From the NCBI GenBank assembly GCA_046726355.1, contig JBKPAI010000164.1, positions 1 through 43,522 on the forward strand: 43,522 nt of DNA, in the 5' to 3' direction. The notes beneath the pieces are model-generated. The model did no database searches. It worked only from the letters and a program-made list of their open reading frames with translations, and was not told the origin of the DNA. Position numbers and translations under genes: made by a program. Source of the DNA: Acidobacteriota bacterium. Its GTDB lineage: Bacteria; Acidobacteriota; Vicinamibacteria; Vicinamibacterales; CAVVIG01. Positions 32,714-43,522 of the stretch are shown in pieces. The first letter of the stretch is position 1. The number at the start of each line of letters is the position of its first letter.

Positions 32714-33765
32714 GCCGGAAGTGGCGTGTGGCCGTCCTCGGCCTCGGGCATTGGTATTCGGCCTACAACCTGGCGCGTGCGCTGCGCGAATATCCACGCG
32801 CGGAGCTGGTATCCGCGGCCTGGCACAATCGAGCCCAGCTGGACGAGTTCACCCGCACCTTCGGCATCACCGGCTACGACAGCTGCGATCGGCTGCTCGA
32901 AGACGGCCACGTCGACATCGTCCTGATCGCGTCGCCGGTCGCTGAAATCCCCGACCTGACGATCCGCTCCGCCCGCGCCGGCAAGCACATGATCGTCGGC
33001 AAGCCGATGGCGATGACCGTCGCCGACGCCGATCGCATGGTCGCCGCCGTCGAGGCCGCAGGTGTCGCGTGCGTCGCCTTTCAAGGCATCATGCGCCTGC
33101 GCTTCGCCGGCCTGAAAACGCGGATCGACAACGGGGAAATCGGAGACGTCATCGTTCTGCACCAGACCAGCCGCTGGTCCATTGCCGAGGACTGGCCATG
33201 CTCCGGCACACCAGGCTGGTTCGCCGATCCGGCGCAGGTGCCGGGCGGCGCGCTGATCGACGAAGGGATCTATTGGATCGATCTGTTCAGATGGTTGGCA
33301 GCGAGCGAGATCGTGCAGGTCGAGGCGAAGACCGCCAACCTGGTTCACAAGGAGCTCGCAGTCGAAGACTGGGGGATGGCCACGTTCACAACGGCCAGCG
33401 GGGTCGTCGCCACACTGGAAGCCGCCTGGACGATCAACGCACCGCAGAAGACCGCTCCATCGCCGAAACAGAACGCCACGGTGCGGCTCGAGGTGGTCGG
33501 CAGCCGCGGCGAGATGATCGAGCAATGGTTCCGCGTGCCCGGCCGGGCCGTCCTGGCGGCCGGGGCGCGCGATTGGGTGTTCGAGCGACAGGCCGACGAT
33601 CCGCTGGCGGCTTCGGTGCCGGTCCCTCTCGATCACCTCATCGACTGCCTGGAGAACCAGCGGCAGCCGATGGCGACGATTCAGGACGCGCGAAAGTCGC
33701 TCATCGTGGCGCTCGCCGCGTACGAATCGGCACGCGAGCGGCGGCCGATCCGGCTGTTCTGGTGA
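32710..33765 (+). CDS. Gfo/Idh/MocA-family NAD(P)-dependent oxidoreductase.
   Basis: Rossmann N-terminus (WRVAVLGLGHWYSAYNLARAL) and …DIVLIASPVAEIP…AGKHMIVGKPMA… The start is chosen at MSRKW (32710), which overlaps the permease stop (ATGA). Confidence 0.82.
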   Translation: MSRKWRVAVLGLGHWYSAYNLARALREYPRAELVSAAWHNRAQLDEFTRTFGITGYDSCDRLLEDGHVDIVLIASPVAEIPDLTIRSARAGKHMIVGKPMAMTVADADRMVAAVEAAGVACVAFQGIMRLRFAGLKTRIDNGEIGDVIVLHQTSRWSIAEDWPCSGTPGWFADPAQVPGGALIDEGIYWIDLFRWLAASEIVQVEAKTANLVHKELAVEDWGMATFTTASGVVATLEAAWTINAPQKTAPSPKQNATVRLEVVGSRGEMIEQWFRVPGRAVLAAGARDWVFERQADDPLAASVPVPLDHLIDCLENQRQPMATIQDARKSLIVALAAYESARERRPIRLFW

Positions 33766-33778
33766 CTGGAGAGTGCTA

Positions 33779-33943
33779 CCACGGAGGACGCGGAGGTTTA
33801 ATCCTGAAAGGCTACAGGATTTGTCCTCCTGTCCTCCCGCCTTCGCTGAAGCGCGGGGTCCCCACGGTGCGGACTGTGCGCCGTGGGGTGCAGCTACGGC
33901 GGGCCACCGTAGCCTTGCGCGAAGGTGGCTGTGTCCTCCGTGG
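33779..33943. mobile_element. 165-bp MITE-like nested-palindrome element with terminal inverted repeats CCACGGAGGACG / GTCCTCCGTGG.
   Basis: From the outside in, the structure is as follows. The TIRs come first. Then hairpin GGAGGtttaATCCTG…CAGGATttgtCCTCC. Then the CCTTCGC…GCGAAGG pair. The central GGGGTCCCCACGG…CGTGGGG hairpin is also found at 19326..19359. No coding capacity. Confidence 0.65.
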
Positions 33944-33970
33944 TTGAATTTTGTTCGACCCGCTCCAGTC

Positions 33971-34369
33971 TCAGAAGATCATCAACGCATCGATGATGAC
34001 GCCGCGCGGGTTGTAGATGACGGCGTGGCGATCGATCACGCCGCGGTAGTATCCGGGCGGAAGCACGACGAGGCGTCGTTCGAGTCCCACTGGAAATGGT
34101 TCGACCTTGTTCTGCCATCCCGGCGGCAGCGTGCCCGTGCGGGCGTACTTCTTCTGCAGGCCGGGCGGGAGCCGTCGATACTGCGGCGCGTAGTACTCAC
34201 GGATAACCTGGGTATCACCGGCCGAGAAGACGACATCGCCCTGGTGATGCCGATCCCATTCGCACGCGTGACCATGTCGCTTTCCGTGCTTGCCCCCCGG
34301 CTCGCCTGCCGCCAGGCTGCCGGCACTGATGAAGAGACACGCGCTCATCACGATCACCAGACGCTTCAT
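33971..34369 (-). CDS. Small secreted His-rich protein with LPPG(L/W/Y) repeats. Function unknown, possibly metal-binding.
   Basis: Signal peptide (MKRLVIVMSACLFISAGSLAAG), then GKHGKRHGHACEWDRHHQGD and three LPPGx motifs. The start is chosen at M15 of the listed ORF. Confidence 0.55.
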   Translation of the reverse strand: MKRLVIVMSACLFISAGSLAAGEPGGKHGKRHGHACEWDRHHQGDVVFSAGDTQVIREYYAPQYRRLPPGLQKKYARTGTLPPGWQNKVEPFPVGLERRLVVLPPGYYRGVIDRHAVIYNPRGVIIDALMIF

Positions 34370-34505
34370 TGCGATCCTCCACCCGCCGGCCCGAGGGGGA
34401 ATTTCGGGCACGGCGACATCCCGGAGAAGAGCAAACCTACTGCCAGGCCAACCACGCGAACCAGCGGGACGTGCTGTGCAGCTCCGCTGACGCGTGCACC
34501 CGCGT

Positions 34506-34596
34506 GAGGACAGGAACGATAGGGAGGAGACGAAGGATATGGAGGATGCGGAGGGTCAAGGTAACGGAGAAGACAGAGGCAACGGTATTAACACAG
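34506..34596. repeat. Solo copy of the ACGGAG-rich element family (…GGTAACGGAGAAGACAGAGGCAACGGTATTAACACAGA…).
   Basis: Similar to 5748..5813 and 28503..28580. It accounts for the acidic, Gly-rich N-terminal 40 codons of ORF 34494.., which are therefore rejected as coding. Confidence 0.7.
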
Positions 34597-34613
34597 ATTC
34601 AGGTGACACAATC

Positions 34614-35480
34614 ATGCGCGAAACCACCGAACAGTACGTCGACCGCATCCTCTCGAATGTCGGACGCGACGATCCATGGACGATCCTGGCGTCCACGCCG
34701 GCCCGGCTGCGCGGATGGATCGTTGGACGCCCCGGCACCCAGCTCGAATTCAAGCCGGCTCCGGACCGCTGGTCGGTGATCGAGATCCTGGCCCATCTCG
34801 CCGATACCGAAATTGTCGGAGCCTGGCGGATCCGGTCCGTCCTGGCGAGCGACGGCACGACGCTGCAGCCGTACGATCAGGATCGCTGGGCGGCCACCTT
34901 CCGGTACGCGTCTTCGGATCCGTTCGAGTCGCTCGACGTGTTTCGCGCGACGCGCGCGAGCACGCTCAGCCTGCTGCGCCGCGTCGATCACTCGCTCTAC
35001 GAAAACCACGGCATGCATGGCGAGCGCGGCCGGGAGACGGTGGCGCACATCGTCCGGCTCTACGCCGGCCATGATCGCAACCATCTCGGCCAGATCGAGC
35101 GGCTCCTTGCGACGCATCCGGCTCCGGCGTTCGAGCCTGCTCCGGCCCGGCCGCCGATCCAGGGAGACGGGATACCGCTCGACGTGCGGGCAGGGACGAT
35201 CGAGACCGTGGATGTCATCGAGACGTCACGCAAGCTCGTCAAGCTCACCGTGAACTTCGGCAATCATCGGCGAACGATCGTCGCCGGCATCCGCCAGGAG
35301 CGGCCGGATCCGCAGACGCTCGTCGGACGCCAGGCGTTGTTCATCATCAATCTCCCGCCGAAGGTGTTGGCCGGTGTCGAATCGCAGGGGATGCTGTTCG
35401 ATCTCGGCCACGCCGACGGGCTCACGCCGGTGCTGACGATCCCCGAGCTCGCCGTGCCCGATGGAACGCGCGCTGGATGA
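34614..35480 (+). CDS. Two-domain protein: DinB_2-like (DinB/YfiT metal-dependent four-helix) domain fused to a C-terminal CsaA/Trbp111-like tRNA-binding OB-fold domain.
   Basis: The N-domain carries His motifs typical of DinB_2 (…EILAHLADTEIVGAWRIRSV… and …HIVRLYAGHDRNHLGQIERL…). The C-domain matches the CsaA pattern (…DVRAGTIETVDVIETSRKLVKLTVNFGNHRRTIVAGI… and …INLPPKVLAGVESQGMLFDLG…). Confidence 0.78.
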   Translation: MRETTEQYVDRILSNVGRDDPWTILASTPARLRGWIVGRPGTQLEFKPAPDRWSVIEILAHLADTEIVGAWRIRSVLASDGTTLQPYDQDRWAATFRYASSDPFESLDVFRATRASTLSLLRRVDHSLYENHGMHGERGRETVAHIVRLYAGHDRNHLGQIERLLATHPAPAFEPAPARPPIQGDGIPLDVRAGTIETVDVIETSRKLVKLTVNFGNHRRTIVAGIRQERPDPQTLVGRQALFIINLPPKVLAGVESQGMLFDLGHADGLTPVLTIPELAVPDGTRAG

Positions 35481-35771
35481 CCCGGAAGTCCGGCGCCGCG
35501 TGAGCGTCCCGTCGGGACCCTGCCGCGGCTTGTACCGGCCCCTTTTCTCAATTCGTCAGTCGGTGAATGTCAGCGGGCAACTGTCTGCCTGAAATGGCGG
35601 ATGCTTCCGGCGGCTGCACGGGTGTGCGCATCGGTTCTTGTCATCGCGCGAATGATTCTTCTGCGGCCTTCGCGCTTGCCAAGCATAGCCCGCCTGAATC
35701 GCCGTCGAGCGAAGGTTGGGCCCTTGCGTCTCGGGGCAACGTTCACGCGCCCGCAGGGCGGCCTTGACCGG

Positions 35772-38521
<2,750 letters not shown>

Positions 38522-38525
<4 letters not shown>

Positions 38526-39262
38526 CTCCGGACGGACGCCGATTCGCCGAAACCCGCTGGACGCTGGTTGTCAGCGCGGGCGAGGCCTCGTCGCGGCGCG
38601 GCCGCGAGGCGCTCGCCGAGCTGTGCCGCCAGTACTGGGCACCCTTGAACAGCTTCATTCGCGCGAAGGGCTATTCCCGGGAAGACGCTGAGGATCTCAC
38701 ACAGACATTTTTCGAGCGGCTGATCACGCGGCGCGATCTGGCAGCCGTCGATCCGGCTCGAGGCCGCTTTCGGTCCTTCCTGCTCGCCGCGGTCAGGAAC
38801 TTCCTGTTGAACGAGCGCGATCGCGACCGCACCCTCAAGCGAGGGGGCCGGCACGTGCACGTGCCGCTCGAGACGCCGGACGATCGTCCCGGATTTTCCG
38901 AACCGGCGGACCGCCTCACTCCAGAAGCGCTCTTCGAGCAGCAGTGGGTCGCCACTGTCATCACGCGCGTGCTGCGCCGGCTCGAAGCGGAGACCGACGA
39001 GGCCAGACGGCCGCTCGTGCAGCACCTCGCGGGTCCCATGACCGGACAAGTGGACGAGGTGCCGGTGCGAGAACTGGCAGCATCCCTTGGGCTCTCCGAT
39101 GGTGCGGCTCGCGTGGCGCTCCACCGGCTGAGGCGGCGGTTCCGCGATCTGCTCCGCGAGGAGATCGCGCAGACAGTCCTGGATCCGGTCGATGTGGACG
39201 ACGAGATTCGTTACCTGTTCGCGCTTGCCAGTACCCGCGGAACAGGGCTGCGGAACACGTGA
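38522..39262 (+). CDS. ECF-type sigma-70 factor (TRWTLV N-terminal type) translationally coupled to the kinase gene.
   Basis: Region-2-like N-half (ETRWTLVVSAGEASSRRGREALAELCRQYWAPLNSFIRAKGYSREDAEDLTQTFFERLI) and a region-4 HTH (VRELAASLGLSDGAARVALHRLRRRFRDLL). The GTG start overlaps the kinase stop (GTGA). No anti-sigma-like ORF lies downstream. Confidence 0.82.
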
Positions 39263-39616
39263 CTACGCGAACATTTAAGCGGTCGCACCGCCGGCTCGGA
39301 GCCGCGAGCGTGGTCGCCGCGGATGCGCAATACGTACTCGACACCCGATCGCAGCCGACGCAAGTTCAGGGTCTGGGAGAGTGATCAGTCGGAGTTCAGC
39401 CGACGCTCAGCCGGACCAGAGTCGGAGTTATCTGCGACCTCGATCGGACGAACGCGGCTTGTTGAAGGCCGGCGCCGCATCAGCGGTCGTGCCAAGACGC
39501 TGACGCAGCTCGTGCCGGCTCCTTGTGGCTGAGTTCGCGAGCGCTAAGCGTCGATTTGTCGTCCTCCGGCACGTTGGCCCGGGCGCGCCCGCGTCGATTG
39601 ACCCGATACTCCCGGA

Positions 39617-41596
39617 TCATGCCGGCGGCCCCGGTGGCGCCGACCTCGGACCGAGCCCGGCATCAATCTGACGCATCAGCAGTGCCATCACGCCCCCCAG
39701 CGTGCCGCCGCCGTCGCCACCACCCATCACCAGAGTGGTCGGCATGAACGGCACCGTACTCTTCGAGAGCGCTTCGAGAGCATTCACCAACGCGGTTGCG
39801 TTCGGCCCCAGAGCGGCCACCTGCCGTTGGTAGGCTTCGGCGCGTGCCAGCCCCACCGATCTGACCTGCGCGCCCTGGGCCGTGCCGGTCTGTTCGATGA
39901 AGGTGGCTTCACCCTGCGCCTCCATTTTCCGGGCCGCCGTCCGGTTGCTCTGGATATCGACACCGACCTGCGACTTCGCGAGATCCGCCTGCATGTCGGC
40001 CGTGCCCTTCGCCTTCTCGGTTTCGATGCGTTGGTCCTGGGCCGCCTTCTGCATCTTGTAAGTCGCGACTTCCTGGTTCGCGATCTCCCGCTGCGTGAGA
40101 ACCTCCACTAATTGCTCCGGCAGCACCACGGCCTGGATGTACACACCACGCGTCTCCACTCTGTACTTCGCCAGCTCCGTCTTCACGTACTCGTACGCAC
40201 CCTGTTGGACCGCTTCGCGCGTGGCGATGAAGCTGACGGCTGGCATGCTTTGCAGCTTGTTCCGGAAGTGGTTGCCCACGGCGGCTTGCAGGACTTCGTT
40301 GACCAGGTTCGGCACGCTTCCCACCATCGAGATCACATACGGTGCCTGCGTGTCGGGAATATGAATCTGCACCTGCAGGTCGATCGCGAAGTGAAAGCCT
40401 TCGCTGCTCTTCGCCTCGATCTGCTTCAGCTGCGCATCAAGGTTGTGGGCCTGCGAGACGACATCGGCCCAGTTGAGCGTGATGATGAAGGTGGGCACGA
40501 TGACCGCCTGGTAGCAACGGGGATTGATCGGGTACTTTCCCGTCCGGAGAGGCTCCTGCCAGATGCCCCGATGGCCGGGCCGCACGAGGCTGCCGAACTT
40601 GAATTCAACGCCCGATGTGTCCTGCGTTGGAAGACCGACATAGGCCTTCATCACCGCCACCTGACCCTGCTCTACGACGAGCATCGGCACTTCTTCCACG
40701 CGGAGCAGGAAGGGGTTCAGGTTGTACGCGCCATACAACAGAGGATCGTGTTGGAGCCCAATCTTGCCGCCAAGATCCAGGAATCGTTGAAAGTCCTGAT
40801 AGGCGCGGTGCCTGTCGTTCTGGCTGCCGAGAATAGTCTCGAACAGTCGCGCGTCGGTGGTTGGAGTGTTGTCGGCGCGGGCTTCCAGCGCTTCGATATC
40901 TGCGAAGCCACCGAGGCGGCTGGCGATGTCGCCGGCCGGCAGAGGCTCGCCTTCCAGCGCTGTGACGATGCCAATCATGTCGATGACCTTGCCGGCCTCG
41001 GTGGGACGCGGCGCGATTCGGGTGACTTCGAGCTGCTTGGCGTCCAACCCGAACGACGCGTGGGTGAGCTGCCCTTTCTTGTGCGCTAACGCGCTGAGAT
41101 CCGAGGAAATGGGGACGCCGAAGACCTCCGGCTTCGTGATGACGAGAAATGCGGCAGGGTGAATGGGTGCAAGCGAGCCCGGAGACAAGACGGGACGTTG
41201 TACGCCCTTCTGTCCGCCCTTTTCGATGAAGACTTGGAGGTCGGTAAAATTGCCGAACTCCGGTTTGTAGACCGCCGACTTGGCGCCGATCGGAAGCGGC
41301 TGCCCGACCTGGGCAATCACCACACCGATCTGTCCGGCAGGAACCTGCACCCAGGGATGTTTCGTCACCGCGTACACCAGCCACAGTTTGAAGCGCAGGC
41401 CGGGCATCAGCATCTCCGCCTGATATCCTGCCTCGCCGCGAAACGCGAGCGGGTTGTCGCCGGGCAGCCTGGCGCCAAAGCGTTTTCGCACCAGGCCAAC
41501 CTCGGTGGGGCCGACGCTGTAGATTGAGCTCAGAAGAGTTGCGACGACGACGACAGCCGCCGCAATCAGGAGAATCGACGTTTCGGGGTTCAACAT
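39617..41596 (-). CDS. Flotillin-like SPFH (band-7) domain membrane protein.
   Basis: An N-terminal TM (MLNPETSILLIAAAVVVVATLLSSIYSV) is followed by an SPFH core and a long coiled-coil/EA-rich region (…QREIANQEVATYKMQKAAQDQRIETEKAKGTADMQADLAKSQ…) and a Gly-rich C-terminus. The start is chosen at M40 of the listed ORF. Confidence 0.82.
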   Translation of the reverse strand: MLNPETSILLIAAAVVVVATLLSSIYSVGPTEVGLVRKRFGARLPGDNPLAFRGEAGYQAEMLMPGLRFKLWLVYAVTKHPWVQVPAGQIGVVIAQVGQPLPIGAKSAVYKPEFGNFTDLQVFIEKGGQKGVQRPVLSPGSLAPIHPAAFLVITKPEVFGVPISSDLSALAHKKGQLTHASFGLDAKQLEVTRIAPRPTEAGKVIDMIGIVTALEGEPLPAGDIASRLGGFADIEALEARADNTPTTDARLFETILGSQNDRHRAYQDFQRFLDLGGKIGLQHDPLLYGAYNLNPFLLRVEEVPMLVVEQGQVAVMKAYVGLPTQDTSGVEFKFGSLVRPGHRGIWQEPLRTGKYPINPRCYQAVIVPTFIITLNWADVVSQAHNLDAQLKQIEAKSSEGFHFAIDLQVQIHIPDTQAPYVISMVGSVPNLVNEVLQAAVGNHFRNKLQSMPAVSFIATREAVQQGAYEYVKTELAKYRVETRGVYIQAVVLPEQLVEVLTQREIANQEVATYKMQKAAQDQRIETEKAKGTADMQADLAKSQVGVDIQSNRTAARKMEAQGEATFIEQTGTAQGAQVRSVGLARAEAYQRQVAALGPNATALVNALEALSKSTVPFMPTTLVMGGGDGGGTLGGVMALLMRQIDAGLGPRSAPPGPPA

Positions 41597-41636
41597 CACG
41601 GAGAGCTGCTCCTGAGTAGTTCGTGTTCGGGGCAGT

Positions 41637-43522
41637 CTACTGCAGCTTCTGGACCACACCGCGAACCGCATCCAGCCTGACGCGTTCACCGGTTCGCAAG
41701 CGCCTGGTGGCATGCTTCACGTTGGCCAGCGCAGGAAGCCCGTACTCGCGCGCGATGGTCGACGCGTGCGACAGCACCCCGCCCACCTCGACGATCACGC
41801 CGGACGCCAGCGTGAACAGCGGCGTCCACGACGGATCCGTGGCCGGCGCGACGAGAATCGCGCCCGGTTTCATCTGCCCGAAGTCTGCGGGATCGCGCAC
41901 GACCACGACCTCGGCCTCGACACATCCGCTGCTCACAGGAAATCCGTCTAACCGGCTCTCATCCTGAGATCGGCTGCTCACGCCGGCCGTCCGGATCAAC
42001 CACGGCAGCTCCGACTCGCGCATCAACAGCGGCATCTGGATGCCCCTGTGCCGCATCGTTTCTCTCGCGCGATCGGTCGCGGCCGTGCGCAGGGCTTCGG
42101 GTCCCGTCTGGCCTCCGATCACCGACGCAATCTCTTCGAGGCGAATCAGAAAATAGTCGTCGGGCCGGTCGAGCCACCCACGCTCCACGAAACGCCCGGC
42201 AAGGACGAGATGCCATGTCCGCAGGATCGCGAGAACACGCACCATATCGGACCGCACCTGTTCGCGCCACACGTAATACTGCTTGATCTTCCGGATCAAA
42301 CGGCGGATCCGCGGTAAGACGGTCCATCGTTGCCATGGCGACAGCCGCTGGACGAACGCCGCCCATGCTTCAACGCTCTCGCGCTCCTGGCGCCGGGCGG
42401 TCTCGGCGACGCTCCCGGCAGCGTCGTCAGTGAGATGACTGCGGAGCGCACGCAGCAAAGGCGTCGGATCCTCGCAGTATCGGGGCAGCGCCCAGTCCGA
42501 TTCGTACCGGCCACGATGGCCGTATGACTGCAGGAACCGTTCGAGCTCCGCAAGAAATGTCGTGCCGCGAAGGGCGACACGGAATTGTGACAAGTCTGAT
42601 GTCTGGTCTGAAAGGTAGCGGCTGGCCGCTGGTTCTCGACGTGCCGCATCCGCGAGCGCGATGAGGTCGAACGCCTGCTGCGCACTCACGGATCGCTCGC
42701 CGACCGCAAGCTGCGGGTAGACCAGGCGCTCGAACTCGAACCCGACTTTGTCGCACAGCTTCCGCGCCGGCACTTCATGGAACAGCACGCCGCCGAGCAG
42801 GAGTACGGTCTGCATGTGCGCCGGCGCGTCACGCAACCAGCCTTCCAGTACCAACCAGATCTCGCGATCCGTGAGACGATGCGGATCCGACGCCGCCAGC
42901 CGGGCGAGGACCGCTCGCGTCCGAACTTCGTGGGTCCGGACAATGCGGCCGATACGGAGGTGGCCCAGGAGAATACGAAGGAGATCGGGAACGGCGGACA
43001 ACCGCTCGACGCTTGGCATGTGCGGCACCTGCTCGTCGCTCGGGTGAATCGCCTCCGCATGGCCCATCGATCGCAGCATCAACGCCGGCGCAAGGCCGCC
43101 AACCGCACACACGCGCCGCAATTGCGACAGGTTGAAATACAGACGGCCGCAGAACGACCTGAGCATCGGTCCCAGCACGTGTTCCGGCGCCATCAGATTG
43201 CCGAAGTACTGGCGTTCCGCCCGGTTCAGCAAGTCTTCGAACGCGTAAAGCGCCTGGGGCGACGTGATGTCGGGCAGGACCTCGGCCAGGTTGGCTCGCG
43301 TCCATTCGATCTCACCGGCAGGCGGCCGGCCGGTCGTGACGGGACGTGACTGCACGACCCAGAAATCGGTCCCGTCGTGACACCACTCCACATCCTGAGG
43401 TGCACCATAATGGTGTTCGATGTCAGTCAGGATGGCGGCGAGTTCTCCAACCTGACTATCAGTGAGCGAAAAGGTCGCCGAACGATCGCCGCCCGCCTTC
43501 TCGCCGAGGCGGCGCCACAACA
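41637..43522 (-). CDS. PEP-utilizing enzyme of the rifampin-phosphotransferase / PEP-synthase-like architecture. It is truncated at the window edge, and the N-terminal ATP-grasp domain is mostly outside the window.
   Basis: The visible N-terminus shows the end of a PPDK_N-type ATP-binding domain (…DVEWCHDGTDFWVVQSRPVT). The C-terminal PEP-utilizers mobile His domain is present (…AILVAPATDPSWTPLFTLASGVIVEVGGVLSHASTIAREYGLPALANV…). The ORF is open to the last base of the window. Confidence 0.82.
   Translation of the reverse strand, partial: LWRRLGEKAGGDRSATFSLTDSQVGELAAILTDIEHHYGAPQDVEWCHDGTDFWVVQSRPVTTGRPPAGEIEWTRANLAEVLPDITSPQALYAFEDLLNRAERQYFGNLMAPEHVLGPMLRSFCGRLYFNLSQLRRVCAVGGLAPALMLRSMGHAEAIHPSDEQVPHMPSVERLSAVPDLLRILLGHLRIGRIVRTHEVRTRAVLARLAASDPHRLTDREIWLVLEGWLRDAPAHMQTVLLLGGVLFHEVPARKLCDKVGFEFERLVYPQLAVGERSVSAQQAFDLIALADAARREPAASRYLSDQTSDLSQFRVALRGTTFLAELERFLQSYGHRGRYESDWALPRYCEDPTPLLRALRSHLTDDAAGSVAETARRQERESVEAWAAFVQRLSPWQRWTVLPRIRRLIRKIKQYYVWREQVRSDMVRVLAILRTWHLVLAGRFVERGWLDRPDDYFLIRLEEIASVIGGQTGPEALRTAATDRARETMRHRGIQMPLLMRESELPWLIRTAGVSSRSQDESRLDGFPVSSGCVEAEVVVVRDPADFGQMKPGAILVAPATDPSWTPLFTLASGVIVEVGGVLSHASTIAREYGLPALANVKHATRRLRTGERVRLDAVRGVVQKLQ

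Noticed and set aside
34494-34613. Acidic, Gly-rich 40-codon N-terminal extension of the DinB fusion ORF (MHPREDRNDREETKDMEDAEGQGNGEDRGNG…).
   Set aside because: The sequence is a copy of the purine-rich ACGGAG repeat family and translates to low-complexity E/D/G/R. The conserved DinB domain begins at the Met at 34614.
35601-35771. 57-codon upstream extension of the kinase ORF.
   Set aside because: It covers the conserved leader repeat (35666..35730), has no coding-like composition, and the first TM helix of the protein starts just after the Met at 35772 or 35787.
39263-39616. 354-bp gap between the convergent sigma-factor and flotillin genes, including ORF 39323..39532 (69 aa).
   Set aside because: The ORF translation is Arg/Ser-rich with no SD or homologue-like features. 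Only short direct repeats (GTCGGAGTT x2, GCGTCGATT x2) were seen and no convincing hairpin terminator. It could hold an sRNA, but nothing in the sequence supports a specific call.

Overview
High-GC (about 65-70%) bacterial chromosomal window of 43.5 kb holding 27 supportable protein-coding genes and no RNA genes, transposases, integrases or CRISPR arrays. The gene content looks Acidobacteriota-like: two large outer-membrane receptors with CarboxypepD_reg and TonB-dependent domains, and several Tat-exported periplasmic enzymes. The 5'-to-3' gene order follows. Strand is given only where the text needs it.

- TonB-dependent receptor-like protein (-)
- beta-lactamase-family serine hydrolase with a C-terminal 4-TM anchor (-)
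- YbaK-like deacylase and CBS protein, a two-gene operon (-)
- secreted tandem-repeat lipocalin-like protein (+)
- giant DUF2339-like membrane protein translationally coupled to a DUF3999-like exported protein (+)
- creatininase (+)
- Tat-RidA (+)
- Tat xylose-isomerase-like TIM barrel (-)
- PQQ quinohaemoprotein dehydrogenase (+)
- second, 1246-aa TonB-dependent receptor-like protein (+)
- TPR protein (+), convergent with a CRTAC1/ASPIC-UnbV FG-GAP protein (-)
- alpha/beta hydrolase
- Tat TIM barrel
- DUF1080
- gamma-glutamyltransferase
- APC permease
- Gfo/Idh/MocA oxidoreductase
- His-rich small secreted protein (-)
- DinB_2::tRNA-binding-domain fusion (+)
- membrane PDZ-GAF-Ser/Thr kinase translationally coupled to an ECF sigma factor (+)
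- flotillin/SPFH protein (-)
- 5'-truncated PEP-utilizing (rifampin-phosphotransferase/PEP-synthase-like) enzyme (-)

The intergenic space is unusually rich in structured repeats that the coding features do not explain. These are:

- a family of palindromes built from heptanucleotide arrays
- a GGAGGACRCGGAGG-stem hairpin family, including one 165-bp MITE-like copy
- an ACGGAG-rich element family, including a 262-bp composite palindrome
- a roughly 70-bp element shared by the leaders of two unrelated genes
- a 13 x 11-bp tandem array

The most system-like candidates are the STK-ECF sigma module with its inverted sensor-kinase architecture, the DUF2339/DUF3999 pair, and a candidate oxidative (3-keto) glycoside-cleavage cluster. 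All family assignments are by eye from motifs and none is search-verified.
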